A stretch of DNA of 64,000 nucleotides from NCBI GenBank assembly GCA_032718475.1, contig JAUCBJ010006864.1:38350-102349 (forward strand). Reading direction: 5' to 3'. This document shows positions 23,397 through 35,330 of this stretch, in pieces. This DNA comes from Nemertoderma westbladi (taxonomy: Eukaryota; Animalia; Xenacoelomorpha). The position numbers and the translations under genes were made by a program. Position 1 is the stretch's first letter. Each line of letters starts with the position of its first letter. Under the pieces are notes generated by a model that ran no database searches, was not told where the DNA came from, and worked only from the letters and a program-made list of their open reading frames with translations.

Positions 23397-25616
23397 ATGT
23401 CTTCGAATACTTTTAGTGACGCTGCTTGGGATTTACTGGATCGTATCATGGCAGATGAAAGTGATTCTCAGTCCGGTGATGAGGAACAAGAGAACTGCGT
23501 CGCTCCACCAACTGTTAATAAAGAAATCGAGACAAACAGCGGTATAAACGTTATCAGTTTTAAATCGGAAGCGGAACCTATTTGCGGTACTTCAGAAGAT
23601 AAATCTCGAAAGATCAAACAAGAGTTCTGTACAGATGAACAATATTCTAATTATCAAATCAGCAACACAAACAGCGGTATTAACGTTATCAGTTTTAAAT
23701 CGGAAGCGGAACCTATTTGCGGTACTTCAGAAGATAAATCTCGAAAGATCAAACAAGAGTTCTGTACAGATGAACAATATTCTAATTATCAAATCAGCAA
23801 CACAAACAGCGGTATAAACGTTATCAGTTTTAAATCGGAAGCGGAACCTATTTGCGGTACTTCAGAAGATAAATCTCGAAAGATCAAACAAGAGTTCTGT
23901 ACAGATGAACAATATTCTAATTATCAAATCAGCAACACAAACAGCGGTATAAACGTTATCAGTTTTAAATCGGAAGCGGAACCTATTTGCGGTACTTCAG
24001 AAGATAAATCTCGAAAGATCAAACAAGAGTTCTGTACAGATGAACAATATTCTAATTATCGAATCGGTAACACAAACAGCGGTATAAACGTTATCAGTTT
24101 TAAATCGGAAGCGGGAGCTATTTGCGGTACTTCCGAAAATAAATCTCGAAAGATCAAACAAGAGTTCTGTACAGATGAACAATATTCTAATTATCAAATC
24201 AGCAACACAAACAGCGGTATAAACGTTATCAGTTTTAAATCGGAAGCGGAACCTATTTGCGGTACTTCAGAAGATAAATCTCGAAAGATCAAACAAGAGT
24301 TCTGTACAGATGAACAATATTCTAATTATCGAATCGGTAACACAAACAGCGGTATAAACGTTATCAGTTTTAAATCGGAAGCGGGAGCTATTTGCGGTAC
24401 TTCCGAAAATAAATCTCGAAAGATCAAACAAGAGTTCTGTACAGATGAACAATATTCTAATTATCAAATCAGCAACACAAACAGCGGTATAAACGTTATC
24501 AGTTTTAAATCAGAAGCGGAACCTATTTGCGATACTTCCCAAAACAAATATCGAGTTGTAAGACAAGATTTCTGTATTGAGAAACAATCTGCTTGTGAAG
24601 TTATTGCTAAATCCGTTCTCAAGGGTAAGCGAATTAATCGTAAAGTAAATTTAAAGAATCGCAAACAATCATTGCATAAAAGTATCAAGTATAATTGTGG
24701 GTCTTGTGACAAACAATTTACTCGCAAATGGTATCTAAATATCCACAAAGAAGCAAAACATAAAGGTATCAAATATAATTGCAGTTCTTGTGACAAGCAA
24801 TGTAGTGACAAAGGATATCTGAAGAGACACATAGAATCAGTAAATAAAGGTATCAAGTATAAATGCGGTTCTTGTGAGAAACAATTTAATTACAAAGGGG
24901 ATCTAAAGAGACACATGGAATCAGTACATAAAGGTATCAAGTATAAATGCGGTTCTTGTGACAAACAATTTACTGACAAAGGAAATCTGAAGAGACACAT
25001 ACAGTCTGCTCATAAAGGTGTCAAGTATAAATGCGGTTCTTGTGACAAACAATTTACTCAAAAAGGACATCTAAGGACCCACATGGAATCAGTACATAAA
25101 GGTATCAAGTATAATTGCAGTTCTTGTGACAAACAATTTAATTACAAAGGGGATCTAAAGAGACACATGGAATCAGTGCATAAATGTATCAAGTATAAAT
25201 GTGGTTCTTGTGAGAAACAATTTACTGACAAAGGAAATCTGAAGAGACACATACAGTCTGCTCATAAAGGTGTCAAGTATAAATGCGGTTCTTGTGACAA
25301 ACAATTTAGTGACAAAGGGAGTCTAAATAGACACATACAGTCTGCTCATAAAGGTGTAAAGTATAAGTGCGGTTATTGTGACAAACAATTTACTGTATAT
25401 GGGAGTCTAAATAAACACATACAGTCTGCTCATAAAGGCATAAAGTATAATTGCGTTTCTTGTGACAAACAATTTACTGAAAAAGGATATCTGAATAGAC
25501 ACATTCTATCAGTCCATAAAGGTGTGAAATATAAATGCGGTTCTTGTGAGAAACAATGTAGTCAAAAAGGGAATCTAAAGAATCACAAACACTCAGTTCA
25601 CAAAGACACCAATTAA
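23397..25616 (+). CDS. Tandem C2H2 zinc-finger protein (11 fingers, HX4H, HKG[IV]KY linkers) with an N-terminal 45-aa repeat array
   Basis: Uninterrupted 739-aa ORF with fingers spaced 28 aa apart (finger 2 has H->N). Seven full and one partial 135-bp repeats lie at 23533-24540. Confidence 0.9.
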   Translation: MSSNTFSDAAWDLLDRIMADESDSQSGDEEQENCVAPPTVNKEIETNSGINVISFKSEAEPICGTSEDKSRKIKQEFCTDEQYSNYQISNTNSGINVISFKSEAEPICGTSEDKSRKIKQEFCTDEQYSNYQISNTNSGINVISFKSEAEPICGTSEDKSRKIKQEFCTDEQYSNYQISNTNSGINVISFKSEAEPICGTSEDKSRKIKQEFCTDEQYSNYRIGNTNSGINVISFKSEAGAICGTSENKSRKIKQEFCTDEQYSNYQISNTNSGINVISFKSEAEPICGTSEDKSRKIKQEFCTDEQYSNYRIGNTNSGINVISFKSEAGAICGTSENKSRKIKQEFCTDEQYSNYQISNTNSGINVISFKSEAEPICDTSQNKYRVVRQDFCIEKQSACEVIAKSVLKGKRINRKVNLKNRKQSLHKSIKYNCGSCDKQFTRKWYLNIHKEAKHKGIKYNCSSCDKQCSDKGYLKRHIESVNKGIKYKCGSCEKQFNYKGDLKRHMESVHKGIKYKCGSCDKQFTDKGNLKRHIQSAHKGVKYKCGSCDKQFTQKGHLRTHMESVHKGIKYNCSSCDKQFNYKGDLKRHMESVHKCIKYKCGSCEKQFTDKGNLKRHIQSAHKGVKYKCGSCDKQFSDKGSLNRHIQSAHKGVKYKCGYCDKQFTVYGSLNKHIQSAHKGIKYNCVSCDKQFTEKGYLNRHILSVHKGVKYKCGSCEKQCSQKGNLKNHKHSVHKDTN

Positions 25617-27231
25617 TGCTCCTGGTGGTGGAATCTGTAAATTACCGACTTCAATACCGTTTTAACAATAGAAACTCCTAAACTGCGATACCGCTGTCTG
25701 TCTGTTAATCCCCTTACATACAAGTTATACATGCGTGTAATTTGATATCTTAAACTGAATGTAATTACCAAACTGAAAGTGTTGTTGTTGAGTTTAGATT
25801 AATAATATCAGTATACATATTGTATATTTGTTATTGTTTATCTGATAAGTACCTACTAATTATTTCTAAAATAGAAAATTACTTGAAGACCTACTCAACG
25901 AAACTGAAAGTGTATAATATCAACCAAATACCGGTGCAACAGGCCTATCTGCCTAGGTCTATACTTGCAGGGAGGCCCTATGATATGGTAATGGGGATGT
26001 TTGGAGGCTACATGTGCTTATTTTATTACATTGGGTAATTGTTGAATGGGATGTGGAAAGCCCCCCAAACTGTATGTGCGCTTACCTTTCCATTGGGTAA
26101 CGGTTGAATGGTTGGATTACTGGAATTCAATCATAGAAAAATAATTATCAGTTCCATACACTGCGACTGCGTAACTGCTAGTGCTATTGTAAGTACAAAA
26201 ATAAGCTGATCTCTGGGTCTGGTTTGTGGTATTTTTCAAAACAATTCTCTAGGTATGTCTCTGTTTCAGCGGGATTAGGAAATACAGGTCTCTGTTTTAA
26301 CTCTAGTCTTAATCTTAAATTAACTGCATGCAGTTTATCCAGTCTGCCTCTAGATGATAAAGTGATTCGGAGGCATCTGCTTATATTTTGCTTATAATTC
26401 TTTCGGATTGACAGTTTAACATAATTTATGTCAGGTGCGGCGCGAAGGCCCCACTTCGTGTTAAGAACCAATCAGATGCTATTGTTTTCAAATGAGGGAA
26501 ACATTGTACTTAATAAATTGTAGTAGGGCCTACTGGTATGTTGCCTTTCAAACTAACCAATATTACCACCATGACCTACCATAACTGTTATAGTAGGTCA
26601 TGTTACCACTGTCAAATGAACTCCAAGACTTCAACCCCCACCGCCACTCCCACATCAGTAGCAACGGTAACTTTAAATCTTTAACTTGCAGTATAAAGTT
26701 AAAGCCATCCCATTGACCACTTCAAATTAAAAGCTAAGATCATTAATTTAGGCAACATTATGATATACTTACGTGTTAACCATATGGGGTGGGCCAAATA
26801 TTTAGTAAGCATTAACAAACGACAAAAGAGCGTAATTATAAATTCAGAATAATAATATAGTAGGCTAGGCCAATTCGATGCTTAAATCCAATAAATATAT
26901 CCATAATAATAACATTATAATAATTAAAAAATCTTTTTAATCAATATATACCTTGAAAGCTGCGATAAGCGACAATCCTCCATTATGTGATTGAATGCAC
27001 TGGATTAAGATAATTAATTTAATAAATATTATACTAATTAATAGCAGTGCCATTAAATTAGAATGGGACAAATGAACAATATCCACACGATTTAAGGACA
27101 CACCAATAAAGAGATATACCGTCGATACAGTTTGAAAAATAATAAATTTACAAACACCAAAATTCAAATTAAAGTTGTAAAATAACGGCGCCATTCTGGA
27201 TATTCCATTCAAAGTTAACGTGACATCATAC

Positions 27232-27423
27232 TTATCTTGTGCAGACCATAATAACAACACAGAACACAAGGTAATTCAACTTTACTGGCGTAATATGTGC
27301 ACCGCTAGAGTTATCATTTCTTACGGATGTTTCAACTATACGACCGTTGAGTGACTGCAGTCGACGCCAGTTCAGTGGCAGTGGTTCGCCGTCTTTATCT
27401 GAAACTTTGCGCATTTCTTTCAA
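27232..27423 (-). CDS. Alpha-carbonic anhydrase exon 6 (last); NWRRLQSLNGR and GPI-like tail
   Basis: TTTTATTCACAG acceptor in phase 0. NSSG is followed by hydrophobic LVFCVVIMV and the stop. Confidence 0.85.
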   Translation of the reverse strand: MKEMRKVSDKDGEPLPLNWRRLQSLNGRIVETSVRNDNSSGAHITPVKLNYLVFCVVIMVCTR

Positions 27424-28335
27424 CTGTGAATAAAACAATTACTGATAATTTATTTTAAACTAACAACGATAAAATGACAAATACAGTAGGCAGGCCTACT
27501 TACTTATTGGATTCTTGTAAATTATTGCGTATTTCACGAATACGAGACATGTAATGGTAATAGCCAGTAATCTTGTGAAAATTTAAATTACGAATGTAAT
27601 GTAACGTAACATTTAATATGAAAATTTAAACGTTATTCTACGATTATTTTTGCGTTTATCACGTATTATTAAATAATCGATGTAAAAACTTATTCATAAC
27701 CTCCTCTTAAATAGATTAAAATGGTGTTTCCAAATCTGAAAACCGCTATTTAATAGCTCTTTTAGTTTTCAAGTTATGTAAATTTCCATTTAGGGAGACC
27801 TATTGAAATTACTACTGTATTACAACAGTATGTAATGTAAGGTCGATTATCTCCAAACTTTTTGAAATTTTTTGTAAATGAGATTTAATATTATTTATAA
27901 TAAACCTAAAAAATTTGCATAAATTTGCAGCGCCACCTAGCGGTGCAGAATTATTTTCACAAAATTTCGCCTGATACTTATGTTGCCCCAACTTTGCTCT
28001 ATAATTAAAAAAAACTTTCATGTGATTAGATTCAAAACTGTGAAAGCCTTAGGGTTTTAAACACAACCAAGTTTTTTCATTGTTAACTAATATTAAATAG
28101 CGAAAAATAACATTTTTCTCACCTGTCATGTAGAATAGCATCTTAGGTACCTATATTCCCAATTATAGCCAAAACCAAAAAAAATTTGAAACGCTGAGAG
28201 TGATAAATCGAAGAGTTGTCCGAAGAGTTGTCCCCCCCCCCTTTTAAGTTACTTTTTACATATCCACACAGTTTGCAATTAGCCACGTTCCGAGAATGTC
28301 AATAATTTCTGACTTGTACTTGTATAATTTATTAC

Positions 28336-28566
28336 CTGATCCATTCCAATGTTGAGATATTTATGGAATACAGTCCACTGAACAATCTCGTTGCAGTTTG
28401 GTGTTGTCACTGATCCCTGGTACCTGAAGAAGTTTGCTGGCCCAACATCCTCCAAAAAAGTGCCAAAATCGAAATTATCTGTTAATTGTGTCTCTTCCTT
28501 GGGGTTGATAACTTTATGTATCTGCGATATTATTGGAGAGAGTGTTTCGTTTGGATTTTCCGATTC
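28336..28566 (-). CDS. Alpha-carbonic anhydrase exon 5 (FRYQGSVTTPNCNEIVQW); not in the ORF track
   Basis: CAG acceptor and GTAAT donor, 77 codons, phase 0/0. Confidence 0.92.
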
Positions 28567-29038
28567 CTGTGGATGTGAATTTATATAGATTATTAATTAT
28601 TTAATATACAGTATGTAGCCTAATGGCCGTGGTATTTTCCATTACCCATATATGGCCCGGGCCAGATAGTATTATCGCAAATAGTTTGTTTTAGTATTAG
28701 TATTGATACGATCCTATCTCGTATCACGTAATTGGCCCGTGAGGGGGGGGGGGGTCATTTTAGAGAAGGGATTTCTTCGAGGACGCTGTTCACAATAAAT
28801 TATTTTCTAGCAAAGCAACAATCTTTTTTTGTGCTGTTTTGATCCGGGGCCGGGATGAAAAGTACAAGTAAAAAACCTACAAACTTATTAAACCTATCGA
28901 GCCGATCAACACCTATCGAGCCGAGTCATGTCGGAACAATTTTTTGTTTGGTTTGATAATTCTGAAGGTATACGAGTTTATAACTTACAACTTGTTAAAA
29001 TCATTCGTGGTAACGCAACACTCGTTTTTGGTGCTTAG

Positions 29039-29808
29039 CCCTTTGCGTACCAACACTTTAAAAAGGCGGCACACTGCCGCCTTTTTCATTCTAAATAATT
29101 TAGGACCGCTCATGATGGCGGCAGTGTGCCGCCTTTATATTCCAGTAATTATAACTTAACCCCCAGGGCGGCAGAGTGCCGCCTATATACAAAACCTCTT
29201 ATAACTTTCTTATAACTATTGGGACCCAAAATGGAGTTTATATTCGAATTGAGCAGGAAAAACTGGTCTAGAAAAGGTAATTTAATATTGCTTGAATGGA
29301 TTCGTATTGGTTTGAGGAGATAATTTAAGCGATTTAATTTTGATTAATAAAATTAAAGGGTAGGTGTAAAACGCGGATCCGGATCCGGATTCCAAAATTA
29401 TCAATTAAGGGAAAGGAGCAGGTTACAGTGGCACGTTATTTTAACCAAAACAATAAACTAAAGTCAATAGAACAGGTTATAGTTTTATTTTTGGGAGTTA
29501 TAAAAATGTAAAAAAAATCGACTTCCGTAGGGACAATGTTAAATGTAGAATCCGGATCCGGATCCGCGTTTTACTCTGACCCAAAATTAATGCCGTAGTG
29601 TTCCGCCGAATTGGTTTCAAATGATAGATTTAAAAATTTCGAAAATGGTTAAAGGCGGCAATGTGCCGCCGTTTAGGGAAGGATAAGTAATAATATGATT
29701 ATACTCTTTATATAAAAATCTCTGGTACGACAAGAAAATAAACTTTGGTCCAATTAAGTACATTTTTCTTGTAAACATTTATGTAATTTATCGTTGTTAC
29801 GCAAAGGG
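29039..29808. mobile_element. piggyBac-like MITE
   Basis: Ends TTAG|CCCTTTGCGTA ... TACGCAAAGGG|TTAA, with repeated GGCGGCA-N-TGCCGCC palindromes. Confidence 0.75.
29358..29582. mobile_element. 225-bp MITE (GGG...CCC TIRs) carrying the shared core motif
   Basis: TIRs GGGTAGGTGTAAAACGCGGATCCGGATCCGGATTC / GAATCCGGATCCGGATCCGCGTTTTACTCTGACCC, with AAA on both sides. Confidence 0.8.
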
Positions 29809-30367
29809 TTAAATCTGGTGGAACAACTGCAATAATATAATTTGGTTGGATAATACGATATTTTTGAGTGTTATGTATTTGTATCAGCGTCCCAGAAATC
29901 CCGTAATGTCTTAAAATCAAGTTGATTTGGTAATGATTTTTTATTTTCAAAATTTGTACTAATGTACTGTAGGCCTACGTGTATTTTTTGTGCCGCACAT
30001 TGACACATATTCAAAAATGCCCTAATCAGAAAGGTACGATATATTTCAGCATCATAATCGTGATCAGCATCCCCAAAACCGATATGGTCATAAAATCAAT
30101 TTGATTTTGTTGTGATTTTTCATTATCATATTTACAATAGTTTGTAACTTGTTTTATTCGTGCCCCAGTGCAGTGGGCACATTCAAAATTACCAAACATT
30201 TTCTCGAATGTTATATTTGAGTTCAAAAAACATGATCAGCATCCAAAAAACCGCAATATTACGTAAAATAAATAATTTTTAGTGTGCCATAAATCGTTGA
30301 GAACGAAAAATGCTGGAGATGGGTGTCAGAAATGGAGCCCAGCACGAAAACGAACATAGCCATGTAA

Positions 30368-30567
30368 GGCCGCGTTCACACTACCGAGTCAAAGTCAAAG
30401 TCAAAATAAAATAAATATAGTTAGCTATATAGCAATAATAAATATTAATACATTATATTGGCCAAATATAATACATAAGGGGATTCTAGAACAAATTAAA
30501 TTTCATGTTTTGTGATTTACATTTTGTCTTTTGACTTTGACTTTGACTCGGTAGTGTGAAAGCGGCC
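30368..30567. mobile_element. PIF/Harbinger (Tourist-like) MITE
   Basis: TIRs of about 40 bp starting GGCCGCGTTCACACTACCGAGTCAAAG, with a TAA TSD on both sides. Confidence 0.88.
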
Positions 30568-31088
30568 TAAATGGCGTTTGATATGTTAGATAGCCCATTA
30601 AATTTTAGGATGAGTCATGAAATCTCGGTTTTCCTAACAAAGCTGTAATAGCTAACATAGCTGACTCAAAGATACAGATGAATTACAAAATACACGGAAA
30701 ATTCCTAAAATGACACCCCCTCCCGCCCCGGTCCAATAGGGGTTAACAATGACTGCGTATACGCGTGGGGCCCTCACTTGTAAGATATGGTACTAGGACC
30801 CCACGCACACATATTGTGAAAATCCTATGGAGTTTCACTAAAAATATACATTTGCCCTGCGCACATAAAGAAAATGCGATGGTGATTTGTTCTATTGCAT
30901 TATTATTTCATCCATTAGTGTTGGTTGTCGTGCTGAAATTTATATGTTTTTGTTGAGTAACATATTGGATTTGATGAAGGGAATTGATTAATCTTGAACT
31001 TGGCTACGCGTAGTTCTGCGCTTTCCCTTCACAACCGGTATATTTGGACGCATTTCCTTACAACTAACGGGGACAGTTTGCAACCAAC

Positions 31089-31351
31089 CTCAAGCAGTAT
31101 ACTCATTACAGCCAAGGCTTTATCGTCGTCAGCATCGATGGCAGTAATTATGTTGTCGTATTTAACTTTAACGTATATTATATGTATTTCTAATGGTTGA
31201 TGTAATCCATCTACTGAATGTTCAGACCCAAACGAAGAAACCAGATCAGTTGATTGCCAGTGGAAATGTAGCTGTTCAAATTTGTAGACAGCGGGATAGA
31301 GACCACCTCCGGTTACGGTTAAAAGTCCCGACCCCGTGTATGATAAACTCA
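31089..31351 (-). CDS. Alpha-carbonic anhydrase exon 4 (Zn ligands QLHFHW, SEH, EIH)
   Basis: TTTTTCAG acceptor in phase 1 and GAG|GTTGGT donor in phase 0. Confidence 0.93.
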
Positions 31352-31680
31352 CTGAAAAATTATGGCATAATTAATATAAATAGTTCAGTTCCGTGTGGTA
31401 GCGTAACAAGGCAGGTTCTAGGAAGCAAATGAGCTTCAAATTGTAAACAAAAAATCGAATAAAAAGCGCGTTTTCCGAGTCTAAAAAATACCAGCGACTA
31501 GGTGACAGGAGCATAATGAATGACATGATACAGTGTTTCAAGAACAATTAACGAATTTCCCTTTTTTTGTATTCACTCCCCACTTTAACCATCTACTTGA
31601 CATTAGAGTTAAATACTAAAGGTAATACTACTATAAACAAATTACATAACCATGCAATGACAATTACTGATTTACAGCAC

Positions 31681-31857
31681 CTGTATGTCCGTTATTTTCG
31701 AGTTTGAGATCTGTTGCTGGTATGTTGTCGTGGTTAGTTGAAAATATTAATTTACTCATGTCCGCGTTATACACAGTATTTTTTGTTACAATATCAATCG
31801 GCGACTGGCGATTACCGGCACAATAGTTGGGATACAGTGTTCCCCACTCATCTCTAT
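31681..31857 (-). CDS. Alpha-carbonic anhydrase exon 3 (CAGNRQSPIDI...NNGHT)
   Basis: TACAG acceptor and G|GT donor, phase 1/1. Confidence 0.93.
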
Positions 31858-32062
31858 CTGTAATAATCAATTTATAAATTATTTAGGCCTAAATCATAGA
31901 TCTAACTATTGTCATGCTAATTACAGTATGAACAGTGTAAAAAGTAGCACTTTAAAGCTTTCTGACTCAATTGAGTTGAAATATATATATATAATGTTAT
32001 TCGAACAATATGATAATGCTCTCCATAGCGAAAAATATTAACCGACCCTCTATTGGGGGTCG

Positions 32063-32117
32063 CACACGGTACCTACTGTAGGTTTCACAATTCCGGTTAT
32101 CATCAGCCGGGTGTGTG
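32063..32117 (-). ncRNA. Minimal hammerhead-ribozyme-like motif (possibly degenerate)
   Basis: The minus strand reads CACACCCGG CTGATGA TAACCGGAATTGT GAA ACCTAC A GTAGGT A CCGTGTG. Core, stem I, palindromic stem III and a GUA site are present, but stem II is imperfect. Confidence 0.55.
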
Positions 32118-33104
32118 TATCCTAAGGAGACGGGGAGGGAGGGGGGGGGGGGGGGGGGGGGACTGGACACAAATCCCATCTTGGCGAATTAATATTAGCC
32201 TCAATGTTAACCGTCTTAGAGCCGGGGGAGGGGGGGGGGGGGGTCGAATCAACCCCACCTGGTGTTTGCGCTGGTGCTGTGAAAAAATGGGAAGACTTGA
32301 GCTGCTGAAATTTTGGGATAATTTCCCAATATAGTTGCTCTACCGATCGGACATAAACTTGTAAAAAGATATACGCTCACGTCTGTCTGGCTGTCTGTCA
32401 AATGTGCCTGTCAATTTTCAAACTATGAAAAATATGGTACTTAAGTATATTGTATCTATTACTTTGCAGTGTAAGCACCCTCACCCTCAATTGCTTACTT
32501 GAGATATTTTATAATTTATGAGGTCTCTGAAATTTATACGACGTTTATGTCTGTCAGTCTTTCTGCCTGTATGTCCTTTTGTCCGCCGCCTGTCTGTTTT
32601 TCTGGTATGCTACAATTATCCTGATAGGGGGGGGGGGGGATCTGGACGCAATAAAAATTCATCCCTCTCCGGGGGAAATTGGACGCAAATAATAGCTGAA
32701 TACTTTCAAAAACAAAACTGTAACTTGTTCTATTGTGTTTAGATTATTGTTTTGGTTAAAATAACGAGCCATTGTAACCTGCTCCTTTCCCTAAATAGAC
32801 AATTTAACATTGAGGCGGGATATTAATTCGCCACGGCGAGTTTTGCGTCCAGTCTCCAATTATCAATGAAATATAAAATTAATATCAGTAAAAAAAACAA
32901 GACAATGCAAGTTCAGTATCATAATAAATGTACCCTGTCTGTCGGTCTGACTGACTGACTGACTGACTGTCTGTCAGTTTCTCTGCCCATTTTATATTGT
33001 ATGATGCAATTATCAATTAAATGTAACATTCTTACGAGTAAATCAAGACTATGCAAGGATAAATTGTATAAATTGCATAACTTTGCATATGACGCACAAA
33101 TAAG

Positions 33105-33275
33105 CAATGATGATGTGTTATACGACTATGGTAACATATCATTGCCAAAACCCAGCATCACCCTGCAGAGACGCCGCCTGATGCTTGCTGGGCACAGTTT
33201 CCACCGGCAGAATCAACCTGTACACAACCTTGTGCTGTGGTATCCTGCTGGTGAGAATAGAAGTGGTGGACAGCA
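33105..33275 (+). pseudogene. RTE ORF C-terminal fragment
   Basis: Reads RRRLMLAGHSFHRQNQPVHNLVLW, homologous to 58010-58110. Confidence 0.7.
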
Positions 33276-34129
33276 AATTAATTTATATCTGTGTGTCCGT
33301 GTGTCTGTCTTTTATTTGGTGTTTGCGATGGTGCTGTGAAAAACTGGGAAAACTTGAGGGGCTGAAATTTTGAGATAATTTCCAAATATGCAGTAGTTTC
33401 ACAACCGATCGGACATGACTTGTAAAAATATAGACAGACAATCATGTCTGCCTGCCTGTCAGTCTGTCTGTTTTCGGTCTGTCTGTCTTTTTCAAGTACA
33501 TTTATCTACTAAATTGCAGTATAAGAACACACAATTGCTTCAAACAGACATTTTATGATGTCTGTGGTGTCTGTAATTTATTGTATGTCTGTCTCTTTGT
33601 CAGTATGTCTGTCTGTCTGTTTGTCGGTCTGTCTGTTCATTATATAAGGTAAATGCTACACTCATCAACAAACATAAAATTCATATGAGCTAAATCAATA
33701 ATATCAAATTATTGAAATTATATTGTGTTTGTTTCCAAAATTATATAGAACTTTACAAGCATTACTGTAATTCTAATTGACAGACAAGCAGACAGACAGT
33801 CGGACAGACAGACAAAGTTGAACAGACCCTACAGACTGGCAGACCAGAGCGTCATACGTTGGTAAAGAAACCATTATCCACATAGTGTGAGTATGTTGTT
33901 GAATGAAACTAAGCCTTGATAAAATATTTATGTATTGTATGTATATCCAAAAGAACAGACAACATACAGACAGCCAGAACTCACGAACGGACAGTAACTA
34001 GGTGTTACCCCTTCACCAACTTGTAGATGACATATCATAGTATATATGTACCAAATTTCTAGACGATTGACCATAACGGGGCCTACTACCACTAGGATCG
34101 GCATGCTGCATTGCAGCTGTATTTTTAAG

Positions 34130-35330
34130 AATGCTGTGCCGGCTTGTCGAACAAAATTGCGCCGCCACAACTCCCCATCACCCATGACATTTGCTAGATC
34201 ATCCGTATCTTCAAGGCCAGTGTCCTTTAAGAAGCTTCTCATGAAAGTCATGGGCTGTCCACCATGCTTATTTTCTCCATGGGGCTGCCAAAGCACAAGA
34301 TTATGCACTGGCTGGTCCTCATGGCGAAAGCAATGTCCTACAAAGCAGAGGCAGCATTTGTTCTAGTGTCAAGCTTGGGGGAACCAATGCGACACCTCCA
34401 ATGTTATATTAGTGTCTGGTTGGAAATGTGTGCATTGCATTTGACACAGTGAACCAGGCGTAGCTTCTTGTGAATGTGCCATCCAGAGATTTGGTGTCCT
34501 CAGCATGGACTCACCTTGTCACATTGGGGAACCGTCTGTGAGGGTGTTAAACTGAGGTTAGTCTAGTAACTAGCATCAGATTCACCACTGGCCTGGTTTG
34601 ACGGGGTGGAAACCATAAGAGTAGCCTCCAACTCCAGAATTCCTCTCCCCTTCACAATCTGACCCATTTTTTTGGGCCAGAAAGGATCATCAGGAAAGGG
34701 ACTCACAGAATTGTTGGCTCTTCTCTCTCCTCCAGTAGGGGATGATACAGGCAGCCATTCAGGAGATAACTGACGCCTGTGAGGCCAATTGTGTCCGGTA
34801 ATTCCACTGGCCTCAAGTGGCCGGACTTCCGCATTACTAAAGTAATCCATAGTGGGGGTTGGGGGGTGCTTTTTTGCCGAGTCAGCTCTCGGGGCAAATA
34901 CCACACCCTGGTTTGCCATTCCACAGGGTGGGTGTCGCAGTGGAGTCAGATATGAGGCCCATCACCCATACCTATCTGACGCACATGACCCACCATTGGC
35001 CGTGCAGCTCATCTGCTGGGCCATGCCCTGTACCCCTGCTGCCAGGTGCAGGTCGCAGTGAAGTGCACTCAGAGTGGACATGAGAACACTCTACTCCTGA
35101 CCAGCCATTGGTAGATCACCATCTGCCTGGCCAGGCCATATACCCCTGTAGCCAAGTATATGGGTCCTTAATCCAGGACCAAGGGCTCCTTATCCCAGAA
35201 CGAAGGGGGTCCTAATTACAGGACCAGATTTGCCCTAGTAAGAGGGTCTATGCAGCCACAGGTGGCACCTCCTTTATGCTACATGGAGGTGGCAAGTTTT
35301 CTTGACCAATGACCTAGAATACCTGACCTG
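34130..35330 (-). mobile_element. RTE 3' end (34130-34505) joined to a GC-rich segment that may be the element's 5' region (internally deleted LINE)
   Basis: 34150-34505 closely matches 57865-58210 (EDTKSLDGTFT...VHNLVLWQPHG). The upstream segment is unassigned. Confidence 0.55.

Larger units (their letters stand above)
28645..30742. mobile_element. Old piggyBac-like non-autonomous element in CA intron 4
   Basis: The right end CCCCGGTCCAATAGGGG|TTAA resembles the degenerate left end TTAC|CCATATATGGCCCGGG. GGGGGTCATTTTAG / CTAAAATGACACCCCC are subterminal inverted motifs. Confidence 0.4.

Noticed and set aside
26184-26471. 95-aa minus-strand ORF between the ZNF and CA genes
   Set aside because: It has no recognisable domain or splice context. 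It may be a TE remnant but I cannot support a call.
35240-35330. Possible HDV-like ribozyme at the putative RTE 5' end
   Set aside because: The ACCTCCATGT loop-like motif is present, but P3 and P1 could not be closed by eye.
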